From the NCBI GenBank assembly GCA_005772855.1, contig SXIK01000196.1:2100-66099 (forward strand): DNA of 64,000 nt, written 5' to 3'. Of this stretch, positions 49,482 to 60,634 are shown piece by piece. Origin of the DNA: Planctomycetia bacterium (GTDB lineage: Bacteria; Planctomycetota; UBA8108; SXIK01). Numbering within the stretch: the stretch's first letter is position 1; the number at the start of each line of letters is the position of its first letter. Under the pieces are notes generated by a model. It was given only the letters and a program-made list of their open reading frames with translations, made no database searches and was not told where the DNA came from. The translations under genes were made by a program, and so were the position numbers.

Positions 49482-51209
49482 GTGCGCGAAGTCCTCAGGA
49501 AGTCGAGAGCCCTCCGCCGGGCGGTGAAGTGGTACCGATCGAAGACGGTAGCCGATCCCGGCTGGCGGAAGGTCCTTCAGCGCGACGCGCAGGAGTGGCA
49601 AAGTGCCCTTGAGAAGGCTCGAAATGGTCCGAAGGTGCTCCTGGCGACAAGCCTCGGCGGCTACTGGGCCGGGACGACACTGGAGAGCTTGCTGGCCCTG
49701 TCGCTGACGCTGCGAGGCGCGAACGTGGAGGTGCTCCTGTGCGATGGAGTCCTCCCGGCCTGTCAGGCCTGTGAAGCTCGAGCCTACAGGAGCCTCGAAC
49801 GATTTGCTCGACGGGGGCCTCAGGCGGACCTCTGCGGCAACTGCTTCGAGCCAGGCCGGCGAATCTTCGAGGGTCTGGGCCTGAAGGTCCACCGCTATAC
49901 CTCGTTCCTCACGCCGGAAGAGGCCGAGTTGGCTTCCCGTCTGGCCGAGCAGATCCGCTTCGAGGACATCGCCGCGTACACACTCGACCGGGTCAAGGTC
50001 GGCGAACACGCGCTCGCTGGAGCGCTCCGTTTCTTTGCCCGCGGCGACCTTACCGGCGAGCAGCTCGCCGATCCCGTCCTCCGTCGTTACTTGAAGGCGG
50101 CCATGCTGACGACCTATGCCGCTCGCAGGATCCTTGCTGGCGGAAGCTTTGAGTGCGCGGCATTTCATCATGGAATCTACGTGCCGCAAGGCTTGATGGG
50201 TGAGGTGGCTCGCAGTTTGGCGACTCGCGTCGTGAACTGGAATCCTGCCTATCGCAAGCGATGCTTCGTGTTTAGCCACGGCGACACGTACCATCACACG
50301 CTCCTTGACGAGCCGACGTCGGCCTGGGAAGCCCTGAGCTGGGACGAGGGGCAGGAATCGCAGCTACTCGGTTACCTCAAGAGCCGCTCTCAGGGCACTG
50401 AGGATTGGATCTGGTTCCACAAGAATCCTCTCGAAAATATCGAGGCGCAGGCGGAGGAGATCGGGCTCGACCTCGCGAGACCCTACGTGGGGCTTCTCAC
50501 CAACGTCATCTGGGACGCGCAGCTTCACTATCCCCGCAGTGCCTTTGGGGGCCACATGGAATGGATTCTCGAGACCGTGCGTTACTTCGCTGCACGGAGC
50601 GATCTTCAGCTCGTCATCCGCATCCACCCGGCCGAGGTGCGGGGCACGCTGCCATCCCGTCAGAAAACAGCTGATGAGCTGGCCAGGTCATTTCCCGAGC
50701 TGCCTCGCAATGTCGTGGTCATTCCACCGGAGAGCCGGTTGAGCACCTATGCCCTCATGGAGCGTGCCAACGCGGCCTTGATCTACGGCACAAAGACGGG
50801 CGTCGAGCTGGCCGCGATTGGGATCCCGGTAATTGTCGCAGGCGAGGCCTGGGTGCGAGGAAAGGGCTTCACGCTTGACGCGAGATCGCGGGGGGATTAC
50901 GTGCGTTGGCTCGAGTGCTTGCCGCTGAAGGATCGAATGCTTCCCTCCGCCGTCGAGCGAGCGCGAAAATACGCCTATCACTTCTTCTTCCGCCGCATGA
51001 TCCCGCTCGAGTGCATGGAGCCCACGGGCGGCGACCCACCCTACACCGTTCGCGTCGAGCGGCTGCGGGAGCTCGAGCCCGGCCGCCAGCGCGGTCTTGA
51101 CGTGATCTGCGATGGAATCCTGAGGGGCTCGCCCTTCATCTATCCCGCCGAGGAGATGCCCCGAAAGCTCACGGCGAGCCTGACGGGTGCCCTTGAGCCG
51201 GCCCGCTGA
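49482..51209 (+). CDS. KpsS/KpsC-like capsule polysaccharide biosynthesis protein (putative ulosonate transferase)
   Basis: TNVIWDA, IRIHPAE and T.G.E.A..G.PVI..G motifs; N-terminal Cys cluster. Confidence 0.65.
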   Translation: MREVLRKSRALRRAVKWYRSKTVADPGWRKVLQRDAQEWQSALEKARNGPKVLLATSLGGYWAGTTLESLLALSLTLRGANVEVLLCDGVLPACQACEARAYRSLERFARRGPQADLCGNCFEPGRRIFEGLGLKVHRYTSFLTPEEAELASRLAEQIRFEDIAAYTLDRVKVGEHALAGALRFFARGDLTGEQLADPVLRRYLKAAMLTTYAARRILAGGSFECAAFHHGIYVPQGLMGEVARSLATRVVNWNPAYRKRCFVFSHGDTYHHTLLDEPTSAWEALSWDEGQESQLLGYLKSRSQGTEDWIWFHKNPLENIEAQAEEIGLDLARPYVGLLTNVIWDAQLHYPRSAFGGHMEWILETVRYFAARSDLQLVIRIHPAEVRGTLPSRQKTADELARSFPELPRNVVVIPPESRLSTYALMERANAALIYGTKTGVELAAIGIPVIVAGEAWVRGKGFTLDARSRGDYVRWLECLPLKDRMLPSAVERARKYAYHFFFRRMIPLECMEPTGGDPPYTVRVERLRELEPGRQRGLDVICDGILRGSPFIYPAEEMPRKLTASLTGALEPAR

Positions 51210-52338
51210 GGTCTCTCTACCGCACCTGTTCGAACGCCGCACCATCGCGGTCAATGGCCTCTTTCTCACGCAGCGCGTCACTGGAGTTCAGCGTTACGCT
51301 CGGGAGTTGTGTGTTCACCTGGCGCAGGCTGCCCCGGCAAGGTATCGCCTGGTGCTCATTTCCCCGCGCCGCGGTGCCGCCGACATTCCGCCCGATGTCG
51401 AGGTCGTGCTCGATGAGACGCGGCTACCTTCCCCGCTCTGGACACAGGTCCGTCTTCCCTTTCTGGCTCGCCGCGTGGGGGCGGATCTGCTCTGGTCTCC
51501 GACGAACATCGGCCCGCTGGCGGTACGCCGGCAGATCATCACGATCTTTGACGCCTCTGTGTTTGCTTGCCCCGAAGCTTTTTCGTTTGCATTTCGAGCC
51601 TACTACCGCCTCCTCCTTCCGCGCCTGGGCCGCCGCGCCCTGCGGGTGGTGACGGTCAGCGAGTTCTCGCGTTGCGAGCTCCTGCGCTTCGGCATGGCAC
51701 GGCCCAGTCGGATCGATATAGTTTCTTGCGGAGTCTCCCGAGCGTTTCATGCCGGCTGCGATGCCGGGCCGTGGTGCGAGAAGCAGCCGTACGTGCTCAC
51801 TGTCGGCTCTCGCGATCCACGCAAGGATTTGGCAACGCTCCTCTCTGCCTGGAGGCTCCTGCCAGAATCGATTCGTGGCCGGCGCAAGCTCCTCGTTGCG
51901 GGGGGTGGGGGAAATGTCTTCGCTGGCGAGGCGCTCGAGCCGTTGCCCGAGGGTGTGGAGCTCCTCGGGCGGGTGCGCGAGGCTGATCTGCCGGGTCTTT
52001 ATGCCGCAAGCGACCTCTTCGTCTACCCGTCTCGATACGAGGGGTTCGGCTTGCCGCCGCTCGAGGCGATGGCTTCTGGAACGTGCGTTCTTGCCTCCCG
52101 CGCTTCGAGCCTGCCCGAGGTTCTCGGAGATGCGGCTGCGTACTTTGAGCCTCGTGATCCCGGGGATCTCGCCGGGCGCATCCAGGCGCTCCTGGAAAGC
52201 AGCGAGGAGCGAAGCCGGCTTCGCTCCGCTGGCCTCCGGCGCGCCCTGCGGTTCACCTGGGAGTCAGCGGCTGTCCAGATGCTACGGATCCTTGATGAGA
52301 TCTTCAGCGGACCGCCATTTCGGAACCTGCGCCCGTGA
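51187..52338 (+). CDS. GT4 glycosyltransferase
   Basis: NG.FL.Q..TGVQRY, TVSEFS, PRK and YPS.YEGFGLPPLEAMA motifs. Confidence 0.92.
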   Translation: MPLSRPAEVSLPHLFERRTIAVNGLFLTQRVTGVQRYARELCVHLAQAAPARYRLVLISPRRGAADIPPDVEVVLDETRLPSPLWTQVRLPFLARRVGADLLWSPTNIGPLAVRRQIITIFDASVFACPEAFSFAFRAYYRLLLPRLGRRALRVVTVSEFSRCELLRFGMARPSRIDIVSCGVSRAFHAGCDAGPWCEKQPYVLTVGSRDPRKDLATLLSAWRLLPESIRGRRKLLVAGGGGNVFAGEALEPLPEGVELLGRVREADLPGLYAASDLFVYPSRYEGFGLPPLEAMASGTCVLASRASSLPEVLGDAAAYFEPRDPGDLAGRIQALLESSEERSRLRSAGLRRALRFTWESAAVQMLRILDEIFSGPPFRNLRP

Positions 52339-55347
<3,009 letters not shown>

Positions 55348-55509
55348 GAGCTGAGTTTTTTCTCTGGTATGTCTCTGCGGTCGGGATCTCCTCTGCGCAA
55401 GTGGCTCCCTTTAGCATCTTGCGGACCCGAAAGGAAGGGGGCGCTCCTCTGGCATCCTGCTCGAGGAGGCTTGCCTTGAGGGTTGCGCAGACCGTGCGAG
55501 GCCGGTGCC

Positions 55510-56283
55510 TTACCCCGCCCACTTCGCTTGCGGTACCTCGGGCAGCGTCGCCTCGCCGCGCTCGAGATAGAGCTCGGCCAGGTCCCAGTCTTCCGGTTGG
55601 TTGATGTCGAAGCCCTCGAGGCCCTCGGTCACGAAGGGTACGACCGTCTCGCCGGCGATGGTGCGGTTATCGAGCACGACGCGGGTCCACGCGATCTCCA
55701 GGCTCGCGTTTTGAGCGTACACGAGCGGCAGCGCCTGCGTGGGCGTCGAGTGCCACGGCAGCTCCCCGGTGCTGAAGGGCAGGAGGGGCAACAGGCGCCT
55801 CCCCCGAATCACCCACATCTTGCCCGGGTGCTGCGAGCACTTCTCCACAGCCCTCAGCGAGTCGACCGGTTCCGAGACGAACGTGCGCCAGGCGCGTACG
55901 ATCGTCGAAGGCAGCCGGAACGGGCTGGTGGGGCGTAGAAGGCTGAAGGAGTCGGGCTTACGGCCGCCTCTATCGAGCTCGCGAAGGAGGTGCTCGAGCC
56001 ACTCGATGTCGGGCGAGTGATCTCCGGCGTATTCGGTTGGGCGCAGGAACGGAACCTCGGCACCGTAGTGCCGGGCGATTCTCGCGATCTCTTCCGAGTC
56101 CGTGGAGACAATGACCTCGCGGAATACGCCGCTGGCTCGTGCGGCGGCGATGGTGTAGGCGAGGAGCGGGTGGCCTCGTAGAGCACGGATGTTCTTCTGC
56201 TTCACCCGTTTCGATCCGCTCCTGGCCGGCACGAGCGCCACGGCCGTCGGGCTTCCTGCCGTGCTGACTTCACTGGACGCCAC
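55510..56283 (-). CDS. neuA: CMP-nonulosonate synthetase (NeuA-type cytidylyltransferase)
   Basis: PARSGSKR...KN, STD, VPFLRP, LRPTSPFR and DIN..ED motifs. Confidence 0.88.
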   Translation of the reverse strand: MASSEVSTAGSPTAVALVPARSGSKRVKQKNIRALRGHPLLAYTIAAARASGVFREVIVSTDSEEIARIARHYGAEVPFLRPTEYAGDHSPDIEWLEHLLRELDRGGRKPDSFSLLRPTSPFRLPSTIVRAWRTFVSEPVDSLRAVEKCSQHPGKMWVIRGRRLLPLLPFSTGELPWHSTPTQALPLVYAQNASLEIAWTRVVLDNRTIAGETVVPFVTEGLEGFDINQPEDWDLAELYLERGEATLPEVPQAKWAG

Positions 56284-56289
56284 TCGGGG

Positions 56290-57345
56290 TCAGCTCCACA
56301 GGACACTCGGCTTGATCGGCTCGTCGGGGCTCAGGTGTTTCACAACCTTACGGCCGATCAGGCGGTCAAGCTCGTAGGGGAAGAAGCCCTCGCCGCCTGG
56401 GCTCTTGATGGCAATGTCCTCGGCCGAGAGCACGTGCCCGGGCTCGAGCGATCGCGCCGCGACGAGCTGCTTGCCCATCTTGACGAGGGCGGGCTCCTCG
56501 CTGGGATAGACTCTCTTTTCCCCGGTGCCAAGGGCAACGCGGACGCGGCGCAGGTCCCGCACCAGTTTTTGCATGCCCAGGGGCTCGAGTGAGAAGGCGT
56601 GGTCGGTTCCCTTACTGGCTCGATTGATCGTGAAGTGTTTCTCGATGACTCGGCAGCCCAGGACGTAGGCGGCCACTGGCATGGAGATGCCGTTGTCGTG
56701 GGCGCTGAGCCCGATCACCTTGTCCGGGAAGGTCTCCCGGAAGGTTGTGATCACGCGCAGGTCGAGGTCCTCAAAGCGCGCGGGATAGCCCGCCGTGCAC
56801 TGGAGGAAACAGACCTGCGCGTTGATCGGGGCGATCGCGTCGTGCGCCCTTCGCACGTCCTCGAGCGTCGAGGCGCCCGTCGAGACGATCATGGGTTTTC
56901 CGAATCTGGCGACGTGTTTCAAGAGCGGGATATTTCGGATATCGCCCGACGCGATCTTGATAGCCGGCAGGTCGAATTCGACGAGGAAATCGGCGCTCCG
57001 ATGGTCAAACGCCGTCGAGAAGAAGTCGATCTTGATCTCGTGAGCGAACTTGACCAGCGCCTGGTACTGGCTGCGATCAAATTCGAGGAACTCACGGTGC
57101 TCGCCGTAAGTCTTGCCGAAGCTGTTCTCGTGATCGTAGGGCTTCTCGTAGAGCGCACGTGTGTAGAGCGAGCGGTTGTCGCGCTTCTGAAGCTTCACCG
57201 CGTTGGCGCCTGCGAGTTTCGCCGCGCGAAAAAGCTCCAGGCACTTCTCCATGTCGCCCTGGTGGTTGTGGCCCACCTCGGCGATCACGTAGCAGTCGCT
57301 CTCGTCGTTGATCAGCGTTCCGTTAATCCTAAGCTCGCGCGGCAT
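56290..57345 (-). CDS. neuB: Nonulosonate synthase (NeuB family) with SAF domain
   Basis: IAEVGHNHQG, VKLQKR, KIAS, STG, YPA, GLSAHD, EKHFT, GTDH..SLEP and KSPG motifs. Confidence 0.9.
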   Translation of the reverse strand: MPRELRINGTLINDESDCYVIAEVGHNHQGDMEKCLELFRAAKLAGANAVKLQKRDNRSLYTRALYEKPYDHENSFGKTYGEHREFLEFDRSQYQALVKFAHEIKIDFFSTAFDHRSADFLVEFDLPAIKIASGDIRNIPLLKHVARFGKPMIVSTGASTLEDVRRAHDAIAPINAQVCFLQCTAGYPARFEDLDLRVITTFRETFPDKVIGLSAHDNGISMPVAAYVLGCRVIEKHFTINRASKGTDHAFSLEPLGMQKLVRDLRRVRVALGTGEKRVYPSEEPALVKMGKQLVAARSLEPGHVLSAEDIAIKSPGGEGFFPYELDRLIGRKVVKHLSPDEPIKPSVLWS

Positions 57346-57390
57346 GGCACTCTATCTCCTAAAGCATTTCGTGGAATCACGGGGGTCAAC

Positions 57391-58875
57391 TCACCGGGCC
57401 AGGGCCGGTGAAGAGTTGATGTACACCGTTTTCAAATCGGAGTAAACGTCCAGGGCTTCCGTGCCCGCCTCTCGTGTGCCGTTGCCCGAGTCCCCGAGGC
57501 CCCCAAAGGGCATGTGGGGCTCGCTTCCGTAGGTCGGGCCGTTCACCACGGCCACCCCGGCACGGATGCGCTGCAGGAAGACCATCGCCCGATCGATGTT
57601 TTGCGTGTAGAGGGCCGCGGTGAGTCCGAAGGGTGAGTCATTTGCAACGCTAACGGCTGCCTCGAAACTCTTGACGCGGTAAACACACGTGACGGGGCCG
57701 AAGAGCTCTCGGCGGGAGATCTCGGCGAGTGGTTCGACGTTGTCGAGAATCGTCGGGGCCAGGTAGTAGCCTCCCCGATGGGCGGGGTCGTCCAGCCGGT
57801 GCCCCCCGGCGAGAATGCGGGCGCCCTCACTCGTCGCTCTTTCGATCGCCTTGAGCAGATCAAGGAGCTGCCCCTCATGGATCACTGGGCCGAAATCGTC
57901 GGAGTCGGCGGGGCCGACCTTGAGCGATTTCGCTCGTTCGACGAAACGGCGGATGAACTCGTCGTAGACGGCGTCGAAGACGATCACCCGGCTTCCGGAC
58001 GCGCAGCGTTGGCCGGCATTGGAGAAGGCGGCGAGCGTGGCCCCCTCGACGGCCCGGGTGAGGTCCGCATCGTCGGCGATGATCAGGGGGTTCTTGCCAC
58101 CCAGCTCGAGACAGATCTTCGCCATGCGCCGGCCTGCTGTTTCCGCGATCCAACGCCCGACGGCGCAGCTTCCGGTGAAGCTCACAAGGTCGACGTCGCA
58201 AGATTCGACAAGTGGTGCGCCGGCCTCCTCGCCGAGCCCCTGGAGCACGTTGAAAACACCCGGCGGCACTCCGGCCTCGGCTGCAAGTCTCGCGAAGAAG
58301 TGGGCTGTCTCGGGCGTATCTTCCGAAGCCTTCAAGATGGCCGTGTTGCCGCAGAGGAGGGCCGGAAAGGACTTCCAGGCCACGTTCGCTATTGGCGTGT
58401 TGGCGGCAATGATCAACCCGGCCACGCCGAGTGGTTGTCGTGTGATCAGCGCCATTCTGCCTGGCGTCGCGCTGGTGGTCGTCTTGCCGTAGAACCTGCG
58501 TCCCTCGCCGGCGACGAAATAGCCCATCTCGATCGCGGCCCCGGCTTCGCCGAACGCATCCTTGAAGCTCTTGCCCGTCTCGCGGGCGACCACGCTCGCG
58601 ACCTCCTCCCGTCGGACTTCAAGGAGCTTCGAGAGCGTGCGGAGAATCTCCCCTCGGTGAACAACGGTCGTCTGGGCCCACGGCTCGAAGGCGTTTCGCG
58701 CGGCGGTGATCGCACGAGCGGCATCGAGCTTGCGTCCACGGGCGAGCCGGCTCTGGAGAAGGCCCGTGGTCGGATCAAACTTCTCGATCGTTTCTCCCGA
58801 ATCGGAAGGTGTCTCGGCGCCATTGATCCAGTGGGGGACAAAGCGGGGTAGGGTGGGTCCGGGTGTCATTACCAT
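57391..58875 (-). CDS. Aldehyde dehydrogenase family protein
   Basis: FTGS, LELGGKN, NAGQRC (catalytic Cys), ELFGP and PFGG motifs. Confidence 0.92.
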   Translation of the reverse strand: MVMTPGPTLPRFVPHWINGAETPSDSGETIEKFDPTTGLLQSRLARGRKLDAARAITAARNAFEPWAQTTVVHRGEILRTLSKLLEVRREEVASVVARETGKSFKDAFGEAGAAIEMGYFVAGEGRRFYGKTTTSATPGRMALITRQPLGVAGLIIAANTPIANVAWKSFPALLCGNTAILKASEDTPETAHFFARLAAEAGVPPGVFNVLQGLGEEAGAPLVESCDVDLVSFTGSCAVGRWIAETAGRRMAKICLELGGKNPLIIADDADLTRAVEGATLAAFSNAGQRCASGSRVIVFDAVYDEFIRRFVERAKSLKVGPADSDDFGPVIHEGQLLDLLKAIERATSEGARILAGGHRLDDPAHRGGYYLAPTILDNVEPLAEISRRELFGPVTCVYRVKSFEAAVSVANDSPFGLTAALYTQNIDRAMVFLQRIRAGVAVVNGPTYGSEPHMPFGGLGDSGNGTREAGTEALDVYSDLKTVYINSSPALAR

Positions 58876-59702
58876 GCGGTGAATCCTCCGTCGACCAGAA
58901 GATCGTGGCCGGTCACGTAGGACGAGGCGTCTGATGCCAGGAACACGAGTGGTCCAACCAGGTCGCTCAGCGTTGCCAGGCGGCCCAGTGGAACGCGGTC
59001 CGAGAACTTCCGCTTGAATTCCTCGTCCTGGGCTCCGAGCACGCCACCGGGGATGAGCGTGTTGACCCGCACCCTGTCACTGGCGAGATGCGTGGCAAGG
59101 TAGCGAGTGAGACTCGAGACGGCCGACTTCGACGCGCCGTACATGGGTGGCTTCAAAAAGGGTGGCTCCAGGGGCAAGTGCTCATACAGCCGGGCGTCCG
59201 GTGACACGCCGGCGTACAAGGAGCCAATATTCACAATGCTTCCGCCTCCAGCGCTGCGAAAGGCGGGCAGAAAGGCCTGCGTTGCCTGAAAAAGCCCGAG
59301 CACGTTGACCTCGAGGATGCGCCGGCAGGCTTCCAGCGGGATCTCGTCGATCCGGTAGGTCTGAGCCGGGCCCGGCGGTTGGTCGATTCCCGCGTTGTTC
59401 ACCAGCACGCTTGGGGGACCGAACGCATCTTCAACCGCAGCGCGAGCGGCATTCAGCGAGGCGCGGCTCGTCACGTCGCAGGCGAAGAGCTGGAGGCTCC
59501 CTTCCCGCCGGGCCTGGAGGTCTCTCAGGGGCGGAGACGGCTTCGCGCCTTCCAGGTCCAGGGCGGCGACACGAGCGCCGGCATCGAGCAACGCTCCCAC
59601 CCAGACCGGGCCGAGTTTGCCGTAAGCGCCTGTGACCACCGCGACACGTCCGTCAAGCCGGAACAAAGCCACCTCCGAATGCTGATCAGTCCCAGAAAAC
59701 AA
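58869..59702 (-). CDS. Short-chain dehydrogenase (PtmA-like subgroup)
   Basis: TGAYGKLG, NNAG, NIGSLY...PD..LY, YGASK, RVN.L.PGG and VDGGFTAW motifs. Confidence 0.88.
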   Translation of the reverse strand: MFSGTDQHSEVALFRLDGRVAVVTGAYGKLGPVWVGALLDAGARVAALDLEGAKPSPPLRDLQARREGSLQLFACDVTSRASLNAARAAVEDAFGPPSVLVNNAGIDQPPGPAQTYRIDEIPLEACRRILEVNVLGLFQATQAFLPAFRSAGGGSIVNIGSLYAGVSPDARLYEHLPLEPPFLKPPMYGASKSAVSSLTRYLATHLASDRVRVNTLIPGGVLGAQDEEFKRKFSDRVPLGRLATLSDLVGPLVFLASDASSYVTGHDLLVDGGFTAW

Positions 59703-59814
59703 GCGAGAAGTATGTCACGAGCGGCGAGCAAAATCCAGAGGGGGATGGCCTGGAAGGGAAATGGCTTTGGACTGCCCCCTCTTGCGTGCCGCCACGTCGG
59801 TCCGGACTTGACTT

Positions 59815-60144
59815 TCATGGCCTGTTCGTCCCTCGCTTGCAATCGTTCCAATATTCGACCGCGCGTTCGATGTCCGCCGACTGCTTCCGTTTGTCGCCGC
59901 TGCTGAGGAGCAAGACCACCGTCTTGCCCGCGCTGGCGTGGTACTCAAGTTAGCCCGGGCCCCAATCGCCCCGCAGCTCCCATACGCCTTTCCGCAGGGG
60001 TTTGCAGTCCCCAAAGTTTCCGGCCGTCAGCCGAGCCATCCGAGCCGCGATCCTGGCTCGCGCTCGTGGGTCGCTCAGGTCCGCCAGCCACTCGCCGACG
60101 ACATCCCGGCCGGCCTCGGTGACGTGGCGGCGTACTTCCATCAT
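59815..60144 (-). pseudogene. Type II RelE/HigB-like addiction-module toxin with an internal stop; antitoxin not intact
   Basis: EWLADL.D.RARARI..R..RL..GNFGDCKPL..GVWELR.DWGPG*; the frame continues LEYHASAGKTVVLLLSSGDKRKQSADIERAVEYW; TAA at 59950-59952 replaces the usual Tyr of GPGY. Confidence 0.85.
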
Positions 60145-60168
60145 TCTGATCGAATGCAACTCGTAAAT

Positions 60169-60519
60169 TATACCGCACGCGGGCAGTGATGAGACCTTTT
60201 GCAGCCTGCGAAAGGTTGCGGCTGCTCGCGCCACAGGCGCCGAGGAGGGGGTTTGCGGCGAGCTGGCGAAGCCGCAAACGGCTCGGAGGGAGCCGGCGCC
60301 AGCAAGAGCTGGCGGCTCCCGAGAGCCTGGCCTGGAGGCGCACGCGCAGCGTACGACCGGAGGGGCCGCGTGTCGTTGTTGCCTCCGCCCTCGCTCCACT
60401 CGGAGGCGAACCGTCGTGGGGGAGGGTCCGCCTCCCCCACCAGCAGAAACGAGCAGCAGACTTGAGATGGTCCTCCTCTGCCCATTCGGAATGTCTCACG
60501 TGTGGGCGCGCGAGGTATA
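60169..60519. mobile_element. 351-bp TA-flanked element with imperfect terminal inverted repeats, related to the MITE family
   Basis: TATACC..CGCG....TGAGAC at both ends in inverted orientation (19/27 matches); internal GC hairpins; shares GCGCCGAGGAGGGGG and the GGGGAGG..CCTCCCC hairpin with the family. Confidence 0.5.
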
Positions 60520-60634
60520 CTAACTCGTCAAGCACACCCTCGCGTCAAGATTCTGGGCTCGGCGGGGAGCACATCTTCCACCCTGCGCTTGGCTCAATGG
60601 ACTTCACGCCTCGAGCGCTCGGAAGCGGCTCCGA

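Noticed and set aside
59950-59952. Programmed readthrough or Sec/Pyl in the toxin
   Set aside because: The stop is TAA at a Tyr position and the antitoxin is also lost; decay is the simpler explanation
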